From Lama glama (lineage: Eukaryota): 64,000 bases of DNA. The DNA lies in the NCBI GenBank assembly GCA_028534125.1, contig CM052816.1, positions 30,568,001-30,632,000 on the forward strand. Reading direction: 5' to 3'. Positions within the stretch are counted from its first letter, which is position 1. Every line of letters starts with the position of its first letter. Positions 51,700-64,000 of the stretch are shown piece by piece. The translations under genes were made by a program, and so were the position numbers. Below the pieces are notes generated by a model that ran no database searches, was not told the DNA's origin, and saw nothing but the letters and a program-made list of their open reading frames with translations.

Positions 51700-52170
51700 T
51701 GAAAAGGTCCCACCTGACTGTGTGTGTGTGCCTCTTTATGTGTTTAGGTATATATGCAGCCAATACTAGATATTGGTGGCAGGTGACATGGTCATTGGCT
51801 ACCCTAATAATAAGTTGGAAATGTTTTCAGAAAGCCCTAGAAACTGCCAGAAGGTTTTTAGCAAAGGAGTGGCTCCATACGGTTGCCTTGCAGGATTTAC
51901 TGGATTAGAGGCTCAGGACACGAAGACCTCTCAGCCTCCTACTGGACTAGCCTAGCAATGAAATAACTGGAACCTGACCTGAAGCAGTAAATACAGCAAT
52001 AAAGAGGAAGGAGTGGACATGGGAGACCCTGCAGTGGAACAGGACTTGAAATCCAAATACACGTAAGGAAAAGTTTAAAAGGACATTCCAAGAATTATTC
52101 TAAAATTTCTTGTCTTTTTGCCTGCGAAGATGTAGAGCCATTAATGTTAAGACAAAAGATTATGAACTGA
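51700..52170 (-). mobile_element. L2 fragment
   Basis: aataaagaggaaggagtggacatgggaga...aggacttga...tctaaaatttcttgtct. Confidence 0.5.
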
Positions 52171-53009
52171 TATGAGCAGGTATTTATGGATTAATTTTAA
52201 CTACATTAAAGTGGTACTATTTAAAAGTTTGGAGAAATTCTGAAATAATCTATAAGCCATTACTGAGGTGGAAATAATGTGAACACATAATGTATTTCAT
52301 TTTATTGCTTAATGAATTTAAAGATATAAATACAATTCAGTTTTTTCCAGTTAAATTGAATTTTTAAATTCTGATTATCTTCTAAAAGCCAGGCAATGAA
52401 CTCTTAGGCAAACAACCCACACTTCCAATTTCGTTTTGAAAAGTTCTCCATAACTGCAGATAAGATTACTCATAGATGACCCCTAAAAATTAACTAAACA
52501 TTATGCTCTGCAATTCATATCTGTGGGGCACAAAAAGAAGAGGAAGGAAAAAAATCACTTTTTATCTTCATTTTTGTCCCAGCACTTTTGAGATAAATTT
52601 CCATGAAAGTACTTTTTTGGTCAAATGGCTTCTTCTGGATCATTTTTGGGAGCTTCACACTTGGGACCAAGCAATTGTACTGCCTCAGAGAGACAGTACT
52701 GTCACTGAGTGTCCTAGAATGTCACGGGAATTGATGAGGCATTGGAGTAGTTGTGAAGCAACTATTCTGTTTTGAAAAAGAATCTGAGCTTGCAACAAAT
52801 AACACATCTACAATCGGATTACAAGAACAAAAACTGATTATGCTGCCTAACACTAGTGCTTCTTCCAAACTCTGTATTATATGAACTCTGCTCAGTTGGG
52901 GAAGCTGAGATTTGCTGATTAATTGGTTATTGTATCATAGCCTTAGGCAAAATAGGGAGGTTTTTTTTTTTCTTTCACATTGTGGTGAGCACTCAGTTTC
53001 TCCTCTCAG

Positions 53010-54300
53010 TCTAGAAATATTAGTGTTACTATTTTAGGAAACTCTGTTGTTCTACTTTCTAGATTTTTAAAAATTTTATCTTCCATAATTTCTTCTGATC
53101 TTCTTTGTTGTTGCTCTTGTTTTGTGTATCCATTTTCAAAAAACTTTCCTTACATATCTACTTTTTTTGTATAGCTCCTATTCCTGTTTAATGAATGCAA
53201 TTTAGTTTCTAAGAATATAAAATATTTTTCTCTTTTTGTTTTGGACTTTTATTCCACTGTCTTCATTGACCCTCCTTATTTTCATTTCTTTCTTTTGCTT
53301 TTGCTTCTTTTAAAAAAAATTATTTCATGTTAGAAGCTTTGTTTAAATATCTGGCAACTCTTTATATTTAATGGGAAGTAAAGCACTGCAAAGATGTTTA
53401 CAAATTCTATTTGCATAGGTGGATTTTGTCAACTGGGGTTTTATTGTAGGGTAAATTTGCTTAACCATTTCATTTGGAAACTCTAATTACTGTTATCTAT
53501 AGATTTTGTCTCTTGTCCCAGTCAATTTCCTAGAAAAGTCTCTACTCCAGAGGTCAGCAAACTTTTTCTGTAAAAGGCTAGAGAGCAAATATTTTATGCT
53601 TTATCAGCTATGTAATCTTTGCCATAACTATTCAACTCTGTCAAGGCAGCACAAATGCAGACATAGATGATACAAAACGAAGGATATGACTATGTTACAA
53701 TAAGACTTTATAAAAACAGGCAAAAAGCCATTGTTTTCAACCTCTGTTCTAATCTGCCATGGGCTATAAATTTGATTGCCAACATTGAATCCACTGAAAA
53801 AAAGGGGCCAGAAACATCACCACTTAATATGGTCCTCTACTAAATCCTGTTTTTGATATGATATTCCATCCTCAGCCGTGACAGTGTTCTTGGGATTAAA
53901 GTGCGTCTACCAATCCCCAGAAAGTAAATTTCCAGTCTTTGGCTGTGAAGAGTAAGGGGGAGTAAGCAACTCTGTAGAGTGTGGAATACTGTCTGGGAGG
54001 CATTCAAACAGTGCACCTGTTTTCAGCATCACTTGTTCCCCTACTCTCAGCTGTACCTGGTGCCTTCAGTCCTGAGCCTTTCCAGGGTGCTACATCATCA
54101 GTGTGCCTGGAGCTGGCCTCCCCCCTTTCTGGTTTACAGTTTTCCCAAGTCTACAGTACCACCTATAAGTCAATAATCATTTTTTCTGGTTTCCAATGTT
54201 GTGCTGTTTTTGTTTTGTTTCACTTTTTAAAAATCCTTTAACTGGCATTTTAGTAGAGATTCTGATGGGATTAGCAGTGAATATGTTTGATGAGTTTTCC
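53010..54300 (-). mobile_element. Ancient L1/HAL1-like 5'/ORF1 remnant, interrupted by MER58
   Basis: T-rich decayed antisense ORF1-like text (ctcctattcctgtttaatgaatgcaat; ttcatgttagaagcttt...aaatatctggcaa). Confidence 0.5.
53548..53746. mobile_element. MER58A-like hAT-Charlie DNA transposon
   Basis: cagaggtcagcaaactttttctgtaaa...aactattcaactctg...ttttcaacctctg. Degenerate 8-bp TSD ctctactc / ttctaatc. Confidence 0.88.
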
Positions 54301-54910
54301 ATGTTTAACTGGCAGTCTTCAGGAAGCATATGTACTGTTTGATATTCTGGCCTTAATGCCATTTAATTGGAAACTGTAATACTATTATAGCCAAGAGCGT
54401 ACTTTTACATGTAGATTTACTTAGTACTATTTGAAGGCCACAGAAGAAGACCTCTGGTCTCTGATTGCTACCTCTGAAATACGAGATGGCTAACTACGGT
54501 TTATAGTTTTTACTCTTTCGACTTTCACAGTTTCCAAGTGAAACAAACAAGATCACTTCAAGGTAGGGAGAACACAGTTTGTGTGTTCACCCCGGCTAGG
54601 GAATTTCTGCCTTCCCTCATGCCCAAGTCACTGAAATACCCTTCTTTCCAATACTTTCATCAAATGAAGTCAACAATTTTATATCTCTTCTACTAGATAG
54701 CCCCCAGATCTGAACATTAGGCAGGTGTTCACACTCGTTAATATTTAAATAGAAGGAATAAGCATCCTCTCCACTGTGGGAAGCCTTGAGCCCTCCTGAT
54801 GGGGCTTACACAATTCTGTCCATCTTCTGCTCCATCCTCTTCCTCCTTTATCCCCTTATGATTCCTTTCCTATGTCCATTATTTTTTTTGGCCCATAATT
54901 ATTATGATTC

Positions 54911-55474
54911 ATATTAGTTTCCTATTTCTGTGTAACAAATTACCACCAACTTTAGTGGCTTAAAACAACACCCATTTATTAGCCAACAGATCTGGAGACT
55001 TGGGTGAGCTAGACTGGGTTCTACACTCAGGCCTAAAATTAAGGTACTGGCTGGGATAAGTTATTATTTGGAGTCTCTGAGAAAGAATCCAGTTTCAAAC
55101 TCATTCGTGTTGGCGGAATTCAGTTCTTTATGGTTGTAGGACTAAGGTCCCTTCCAATATCTTTGCTGGCTGTCAGCCAGGGGCCCCTCTCAATTTCTTA
55201 AGGCCACCACATCCCTTTTCACTTGATCCCATTCATCTTTGAAGAAACAATAGTTTCTCAGGCTTCATGTCTCTCTTTCTTTTTTGCTACCTGCCAAAGA
55301 AAGCTCTCTTCTTTTCTAGACTCAAGTGATTAGATCAGATTTACCTGGATAATCTCCCCATCTCAAGGGCAAGGAGAAGACATAAGTACGGGGTATTACC
55401 CCAACCTATCAGCAGATTCTGTAGATTAAGCTGGGGCACCACTGAGGGGGTCATTTTGGAAATTCCACCTATCA
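54911..55474 (-). mobile_element. MaLR solo LTR (MLT1D/E-like)
   Basis: tattagtttcctat...gtaacaaattaccac...gtggcttaaaacaacacccatttattag and gaattcagttctttatggttgtaggact. Same family as 3768-4330. Confidence 0.88.
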
Positions 55475-57752
55475 TATTTTTATTTATTCTGCAGAAGTTC
55501 CATGGGCACCAGGAGTATGTAATACATTTACTCAAAGTTTGGGTTAGCAGAGAGGACTATAACTCAACATACAGAACAGATTAAAATAAAGTATCAGGTA
55601 TCACTGTCCAGAAAAATTTTGACCTTGTTCCATGCTTTGGGGGATTTCTCAATGGCCTTGTCCTCAGCCTCCATTGCTTTTGTGGGACTCCGCCCTTTTC
55701 TTTCCTTCATCTCTCTCTTTTTTTCCCAAATTTAGAGTATCTCAGTCATTAGATACTCCAGTTTCTGGATTAAAAACTTCCAAATGACTGCTTACTTTCA
55801 CAAGCAGAACCACTTACTTAAAGACTCTCTTAGGAGACAATTCAGAGTTGGGCAACTAAGGAAATTCACTTTTCAAATCTAAATATGCCTTTTAACAAAA
55901 TGAGAAGTTTCTTCCTAAAAAGAATTTTTTCCCTATCCCTACCATTTCAAACCACTTACACATTATTACTCTTATAAACTCTTATACCAAAGTTTGTTTG
56001 TTATAAATTAGTGAACATTAAATAAAATAATGCATTAAAGTACTCAGTGTATTCTCAGAAACATAGCTGGAAACAAATGTTGGCAAACATTTTTATCGAA
56101 GATGCAGTAGAACAGTGGATCACTTATTATTCCTCAAATAACATCACTTAAAAAGCTGCCTATATGTACAGATGTAGAAATGCATTAAAGCTAGATGAAT
56201 AGATGATAAAATTAAAAAAATAACAACAGAAACTAAAACTCCCTGAGCGAGATCTCTTGCAAGGATTAATATAATGCCTTTTCTTATTTCGTCATTATAT
56301 GAGTAGAAACGGCTAGACAGCCAGCAGAAGGAACACAACTTAACTTAGATTCTCCTCTCCCAATAATTGAAGGTTTATGCACACCCTCGAGCCAGAGACC
56401 TTGTCTCCTGTGTTTTAGGTAATACAAAGTATGCAGTCAATGCTCGATAAGTAATAATAATTAATATTGAGTCTCACTCCCTGGGCAGTGCTCCCAGTAT
56501 TGATGATGTCAGTGAGGATTACGTCTCCCAGGAAAACATGTAGAATAAATTTCCTGGCTGGGCCCCAGTTAGAAGTAGAAGAGAGAAAGGAACTAAAGTG
56601 TATATATGCAATAAGCCTCAAAGTTCAGGAAAAACTATCACAAACACAGATGAATGCTCAATTCACTTGTCCTCCTGTCTTTCTGACCCCTTTCCTTCCT
56701 TTTAGATGATATATGTTTCATTCCAACACCCATAAATCCATACCCCAAACTAAGAAATAAAACATTAGCAAATAATGAGCAAAATGCCTAACAACAGGGA
56801 AATCGAGGTACAGACAAAGAGCTGATGCTGGCCAGACATCTGGAGTTGGCTTTGGAGGCCCCCCACTATGCTAAAGGGGACAACACTTCAGTGCCTGGGT
56901 ACTGAAGACAGCTGGGCAGGGAGAGGTACAGATGAGGGATTTGGGGAGGCTGGGGAGAGAGGATGCTCACAGGAGCTAGAGCAGCAGCTATTTAACAACT
57001 AGGGTGGAATTAGTTCAATCGCTTAAGAGCCTCTCTCCAAAACTAAAGCACTGCTGTGAAGTTTACATCATTATTTTATTATGCACATATATAAACTCAC
57101 ACCCACACACATATACATATTTCATGATTATTAAGCATTTTAAAAGAGAATATCTTTCAATAAATTTGTAAAGGACATTCACTGCAGGAGTTTTTATGTA
57201 ATAAGAAGAACTTGCCTGTTTAATTAAAAAATCCAATAACTAAGTTTCAGAGCTCTGTTAGGTATGCAGGGAACTGGGAAATGGAATTTTAGGGGACATC
57301 AGTGATCCAAGTTCAGTGAAAATGAAACAAGCAGATCAACTCTATCTGTGTCTACCCATCCATCTATCATCTGTACCCATACACAGTCAGGTCTCCTTTG
57401 TTTTAGTCTCTTTCACTTTACGAAGTTTGATCAGTCATTAATATTTCATGACCTCTAGTCTCCCTCATATCCTTGTACTGGTTTTGAGCATGACTAGAGT
57501 ATTGAGCCAGTAGGGAAGATCAGCACTTAGTCCTCACTATCTTGGTCCAGTCGTCTCAGTGGAAGGAGATGTCTGGATGCCAACACATTCATAAGATCAT
57601 CCTATGGAACTCAAACCCATCCTACAATATGGCTATTTTTCAATCAGCAGTGATCTTTGTTACACAAAAATATATCAAATACTACTTTTATTTCTGTTAA
57701 AATTAATTAAGTTAGTTAATAAAAAATTAAATTAGTTAATAAAAAAATTTCA

Positions 57753-57850
57753 GGGGGTGGGGATAGCTCAGTGGTAGAGCATACAGTTAGCATGCATGAG
57801 ATCCTGGGCTCAATCCCCAGTACCTCCATTAAAAAAAATAAAAATAAAAA
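57753..57850 (+). mobile_element. tRNA-derived SINE (camelid vic-1-like)
   Basis: ggggtggggatagctcagtggtagagc...tcctgggctcaatccccagtacctcca plus an A-rich tail. Confidence 0.9.
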
Positions 57851-58944
57851 GTAAAATTTTGTGTAACTGAGACTCAGAATGGGCCTTTCTTAATAAGTGA
57901 GTCCTGGAGGTCTGAAGTCAGATATTTGTCATGATAGCGTCTATGATTATTTTGTATTTTTGGTGGTGGTGCTACTGCTGTTGTGAACCTCAGCTCTGCA
58001 GTGCCCCTCTTTGTTAACATTCCCATCATCCAGACTGAGTTTCCTGCCTGAACTGCTGCATCCCTAGATGGCAAACACAGCTCCGAGGTCAATCTATAGC
58101 TTCACTAATGACAATTCTGATCACATACCAGATGTGAAGCTTAGTGAATAAAATATCCTCCATCAGAACAAACATCCTCTATATATGTCTCTGTATATGA
58201 ATATCCATGTCTGCATGGACCTAAAAAAACGATCACAGAAACCCTGTTTTATTTTCTGAGCCAATATCCACTCTGATAATTGCTGATTTTCTTTTGAAAA
58301 CAACAGAAATAAGCATTTCAAATCAGTGTTACCACAGAAATTCCCAAACCTATGATTATTTTGAAGAAAATACTCCGACACTTTGCATAACTTCATTTTA
58401 ACTCTCAGTAAATCTATATTCAGACTTCTGTAGTCAGTATTTTGTATTCTGACATGGAAAGCTGAGAATATGGGGGATGGTGGTTACTGACAAATGGGTA
58501 ACATGAAAGGAGTTGGTGGGGTAAACTTACAAAAAAAAAAGCATGATAAAGAGAATATTTACCCAACATATTAGCTATTAAAATTTAGCGTACACTCCAT
58601 GAGAGATACAGAAATTCTTTAATTTGCTGAGTTTTTCTTCGGTAAGAACTCAGTTATTTTTGATGCATTCTTTCTATAGGCCATTTAAACAATAAAAGCT
58701 ACTTTCCTTTAAACAAGTTCAGGCTAAGATTTCAGACATAGGTAACTTACCGTTTACATGCTGTATCCTGCCAAATTCTGGGTGTTGATCTAGAGAATCT
58801 GTGACAGAGAAAAACTTCAATGTTTACCAACTCACTTTGAATTGTAATTTTTTGTTTGGGATGTATGATTTTTTTTTTCCCAAATAAACTTTATGAGAAA
58901 ATCCTACCTTACTGAATTTCAGTATATATATTTTGTGTATATCT

Positions 58945-59087
58945 GTTTGGGGTTTTTGTGGGGGGTTTTTTGCTTTTTTTTTTTTTTTTATGAAGGGGAG
59001 GTAATTAGGTTTATTAATTTATTTACATTTGGAGGAGGTACTGTGGATTGAACCCATGTGCTCTACCACTTGAGCTGTACCCTCCCC
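58945..59087 (-). mobile_element. tRNA-derived SINE variant with internal deletion and extended tail
   Basis: Reverse complement reads ggggagggtacagctcaagtggtagagcacatgggttcaatccacagtacctcc, then aataaacctaattacctcccc and poly(A). Confidence 0.88.
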
Positions 59088-59892
59088 ATTTTGTAAATGA
59101 ATGAGTAAAGAATGTAAGGTTTCTACTACAGCTTCATTTTTGAGGATTTTTAAAAAAGAAGTCTTGCATTATTATTATTTAATATTTCTTGCTTTGATGA
59201 TTAACATAATTAAGTTAACCAAAAAGATCAAGTTTATATGCATCCCAATATTCAGTCAATGCAATCTGTCACTGAATTTTATGTATTGCCTTCAATTGAG
59301 AACAACTGAGGATAAAATGCACAAGAAGCTCCCCTCCCTTCTCATGGCTGCAACTCTTGGCAGCCTGACCACAGCAACAGCTTACCTGGCAGAGATGTTC
59401 CGAAAGAAATTGTGAATTGCCAGGCTCTTGTCCCCTCTCCTGGCATTTTCTTCTGAATTGATTTATTTCTTACCACTAGGTATGCTTGCTTTTTAAAATG
59501 AGGTATGTTGGTCATTTTGGGAGCAGGAGGGATAACCTCCTGACTCTAAACTCAACAATTACAAGCCCTCTTCCTGACTAACTCTGATAAAATATTCTTT
59601 TCTTCAGTCAGTGGTGGAGTACTGCATTTACTGAGTCAGAAGAAAATGATGTATGTTTTCCGTGCTGGAAATTCTAGTATGTAGCTCTTTCCTGCTTCGC
59701 CATACATTTTATTTGTTGAAGCTAGATGGAATACTAGGTTTTTAATGGTTTATGAATTTATCAAAAAGAAATCATTTTAAAAAATATTTATTTTATGGTT
59801 AGGATGTCACTAAGATTTTTATAGTGATCTAAGTGCTTTAAAGTCAGTTGGGAAAAATTAATAATTTTAGAACATTTACCTTTGATAAAATA

Positions 59893-59933
59893 TAAAGGAG
59901 TCATTATTTAATGTAAAGGAGTCATTATTTAAT
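59893..59933. repeat. Perfect tandem duplication, period 21
   Basis: taaaggagtcattatttaat at 59893-59912 and 59914-59933. Confidence 0.95.
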
Positions 59934-61443
59934 TTTAAAGACAATAGCAAATGTAAATTTTACTTAAAACATAATGATGGTTTAAAGTCAACTCCCAAAG
60001 TCCCAGTGCTATTTGTTTGCTTGGTTATATAACACACTGAAGGATTTTTCACTAGAAATTATTAATGTTTTATGGTCAACTGAAGACATTAAAAATCAAA
60101 TAGGTCATACTATTTTTTAATCTCAATCCTTATATTAATAGGAAAAATTTTAAACCAGTTGAAATTGGCCTTTATAGCCATTCTGTGATTGAGAAAACCA
60201 ATTCAGGGTATTAATGCCAATATATGTGAAATCATTCCCAGCTCAGTGCCACAGATGGAAACTCCTGCACTCAGAAATCAGGGCTATTTTAAATATTAAT
60301 ACTCCTTCCAGGATGCCTTCGTGGAAGCTTATGTCAATCATGTCAAACCCCCAATGACTCTTTCCAGCTGGAAGGGTCTCATTGGATTGGAGTAGCAGAC
60401 CTCCACCAACTCTGAACACGTACAATTTCTTTCAATAAAAGTAATCCTGTACTTAAGCTTGTGATACATAGAATCACATTTCAGATTATGTGTGGTTACT
60501 GAGCTCATAAGTGATTTACAAAATGTTTTAAAGCTTATCCAATAAACATTTTAAAGACTGAACATTCACAGAAGTGGAGATAAGCCCCCAAATGTTTTAA
60601 CTTAAAAAAAAAAACTGGAGAGAAAAAGAGGTATTTTCTGAAGTTATTCTTTTATCAGGCAGCTTGGGTAAGAGAGAAGTGCTACTAAATAGTCCAGGAA
60701 CACATACTTAAACTGCATTCTGTGATTTTCCTATTAATATGCAGTGATTGAATGTCATTAGATGACCTACGAGATGTGAAATAAGCACAATTTGGGGAAG
60801 AGAGCTTCACAGAACCCCGTTATCACTAAGGTGACAAGAACCTCACATGGTTATTGAAAAAGAAGAGTGGATACATTGGTGTGGAATTGTTTAGACTTCC
60901 TGATATCAACTGAATCTGGCTCTTGGCTTGTGGCCTTACACAGCATGCTGGTGAGAAGCCCGTGGTGTAGACCCGCAACTGCATGTGGCTTTTGGAGTGT
61001 TCTCCATGGCTCAGTGGTGGGGTGGGCACAACAGCTTACTGCAGCTTTACTTTAAAGATGATAAGTATTTCCTGGTTAGGGGAATGCTTTGGGAAGAAAC
61101 GAGCAGCATGTACTTTTTTGTTAGAAGCCAAGGAAATCTTTCAAACAGGGAATTTGCTGCTGTCAGTGGAGGACTAGACTTATCTATTTATCATTGAGAA
61201 TTTCCCTTTTTGTAGAGGATGACCATCTAGGGTCTTAAATAAGAGATTCTAATACAGAGCACAGGAGTAAGCATAAATCTACCCATTCCTATGAGATCAG
61301 TTAGTTTTGCTTCTAGTGTAACTTTTTTTTCATTTTTTTTTGTCAGAGGCAGAGGGAGGTGAACGGATGAGGGTAAGGAGACAATAGACTTTTCTCATTA
61401 AAACTTAGAAGCTATTTTCATGGAAAAATTATAATTGTTCTAT

Positions 61444-61670
61444 CAACTACCATTTATTAAACCTGGTAACTTTTACTCTTTACCTCACTGAATACTCACA
61501 AGCTGTCAGGAAAGGTGAGGTGTTAGTTTTCTCATTTTATAGACGTGGACACTGATGCTCAGTGAAGGACAGTTAACTTGACCAAGATCACATATCTACC
61601 TGGATCATGGTAGGATTCAAAACCGGAATGCTGGATCCCTGAGACCAGCCTTTCCTCTGACCTGCACTGC
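61444..61670 (-). mobile_element. MIR
   Basis: ctcattttatagacgtggacactgatgctcagtga...gttaacttgaccaagatcaca...ggattcaaaacc. Confidence 0.85.
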
Positions 61671-64000
61671 TGCCCCTACTTCCTTGAAGACTTTCCTGAG
61701 CTCAAGATGTGTTTAAAGATTTCTTGGGTGTGACATGAGGTCGGAGATCTCTCTGACCTACTGCGACCAGTCTCTATGTAACATGTCGGTGAGATGGGAT
61801 TTCTGCATTGACCAGCGGGTATGGTCAGTGGGCTGTTTGAAGTTTGGTATACTTACAACTTGGCTGTTACTATTTCCTGATCATTGTTCACCTCTCTTTT
61901 GTAGCCTGTTTTTACTGCAGTCTGAAAGGTCGATGGCTACCATAAAGACAGCATAACATGCCAATAACAACATAAGATATGCACGTGGATTATACTTTAT
62001 AGGGAACTATAAACACAACAATGGAGCCTACAAGTCGGGCACCCCTTGTACCAATATCTCTCATGCTTATAGGAACTGAGAACAATCTGAAACTTCAAGT
62101 GAAATGGTATATTTTTATCAAGCCAATTAAATTGGTGATCAGCACCATGACTGTCAAAAGGCATTATTGCCTACTCTGTATTTTTAAATGTCCAATTATT
62201 CTTTTTCTCTTCTGGACTTTCAGTTTTAAATGAAGTTAAGTGCTAAAGTTTGACCATATTGATTATAGCCTGCATTAATCTTTCAAAATAAGCATTAGAT
62301 CTCAAAAGACCTCATTTAAATCAAGTACAAAGAACAAGTATCCACTCTTTGGCATTCCTGAAACAGTATTTCATGCTTTCAATATATATGCACTTTAGAA
62401 AACTGTAAAGGCCAAGCACTCCCTCTCTATCATTGTGATTAGACTTGTAAATGCTGTGACAGTTAGATCCTAAAATCCTTCAGGATTCATCCTTGAAACA
62501 AAGAGCCAAGGACTTACGTTGAGGAGAAAGGGAGGTGAGGAATGTATTAGAATCTGTCTTATGTTTTAGTGGTTGGGAAGAAGAGGGCCTGGACCAACTT
62601 CCCTTTGGCTAGTGTGACTGTAGGAAACCCAAGATTCCTGCTAAAATCCCCGGCTGGACAATATTCATATCAGTGCTATGTCTCACTTTCATTGATTTCA
62701 ATTCAGATGGAGACATTTAGGGGTTTGGGGAATGATTTAAAATCTTTCTTAAGCATCAACATAAATGGACACATAGATGGAATAGAAAATGGGAAGCTGA
62801 GGAAAAAACTTGTGTTTTGAAATTACTCAAAATTCTGACTCATCTCCGTGGCCACAGAACATAATTTCACTGGCAAGGTCCTACAGGAGGGTCTTTTCCA
62901 GGCAGAGGAAATAGCCCAGGTATGGAAGTTTTTCTGATATTGATTTGCCAATACAAAAACAATCCCGTTTAGTGTTCTGGCCTGTCTTTTAAATACATAT
63001 AGCTTGCAATTAGTCACTTGTTAGCTGTTTCACCTTCATGCTATAAAATATTACTATGAATGAGTCTTTCAAATAAGACAGTTAGCCTCTTGATGCTAGT
63101 TTGACATTTTAAAAGGATTACTGTAAAGATCAGCATTAATCAAATCAGCTCAAAGACTGGACCATAACAACCCCAAGGAAAACAGTCATATTGGGTGAAA
63201 AACCTATTCCCTGATTTTCTTTCAGATCCTATAATTCAAATGCTTGTGGTTTGTTTTTCTCTTTCAGTATTTCTCATCCTGCATGGAATGACCTGATCCC
63301 CTTTGGAGCCGGGCATGTTTAGGTCAGTTAATGGTGACTACAGAGATGTGGTAGAGACATGGTGACCACGTCCACTGTGACCACGTTCCTGTGACGGTAT
63401 TAAGACTAACCCTCTCAGCAGTATCAGGAAGAGGGCGAGTTTGTCTTTGGTGCTTCTCCTCTGATTGCTTTCCTTCTCTTCCCTCTGCCTCGACCAGCTA
63501 CAGGAACAGCTAGCTTGAACCTTCCTGGCCATTAAAATGATCAGCTGAGGCAGTGTAAGTGGTTGCTTAAAACTGCAGTCAGTTTCTTTGTTATGCTGTG
63601 ATCATGGAAAGACTCCTTCCCCTTGTCCTCATTTGGAAATGTCTTAATTTCTGCCAAGATTGGGATTATTGGCCTAATATCAAAGAAAGTAAAAATGAAG
63701 GGTATTGTTGATTGAGGAGATCATCTCCCCATCTAGTTCTGCTGGGACCTGAGAAAGAGACACTGTGGTAAATAACTTGAATTTTCATCTCTGTGTTAAT
63801 CCTTGCACAAAAGCAATGTCCTGAATTCAACTTCCAGAATATAGTTTTACTGTCTGTGCAGCTGTCTTTTTATCAACAACTTAGTATAGTGAACTGTAGT
63901 TTTAGACTGTTCTCTTTAACTAATGTGCTTTAGTGTCATTTATTTAGGAATTTATCATTAAGAAGTAAGAGAATCCTCTCCCAGAAGCCTCTAGGAATCT

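Noticed and set aside
57753..57830. tRNA gene
   Set aside because: The stems are degenerate, an A-rich tail follows, and related diverged copies occur in the window, so it is a SINE.
58058..58076. CTCF-like site tccctagatggca
   Set aside because: Mismatches at the 5' core positions; not supportable without a PWM scan or ChIP data.
63334..63397. Short gtgac / gtgaccacgt repeats as a CRISPR-like array
   Set aside because: Units are only 5-10 bp and irregularly spaced, with no repeat-spacer structure or cas genes.

Overview
This is AT-rich placental-mammal DNA dominated by interspersed repeats, and I can support no protein-coding gene, RNA gene, CRISPR array or prokaryote-type system. The short tRNA-derived SINEs and the 3' UTR of the youngest L1 copies resemble camelid (alpaca/camel) elements, and I see no Alu, B1, Bov-tA/BovB or PRE-1; the species call is an inference. 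The window holds young and old LINE-1 fragments (several with exact target-site duplications), a HAL1-like relic, L2, MIR, MaLR LTRs including one two-LTR provirus, small DNA transposons, a (GAAA)21 microsatellite and two assembly gaps. The only ORFs I recognise are L1 ORF2 remnants. The most interesting observations are two 5'-inverted (twin-primed) L1 insertions with breakpoints very close to the poly(A) tail, one only about 126 bp long; a perfect DR4 nuclear-receptor element beside that small insertion; an internally deleted and shuffled L1; and about 230 bp of unrecognised DNA apparently co-inserted with an L1 inside the provirus. Repeat subfamily names come from recalled consensus sequences, not from a database search, and boundaries of old elements are approximate.
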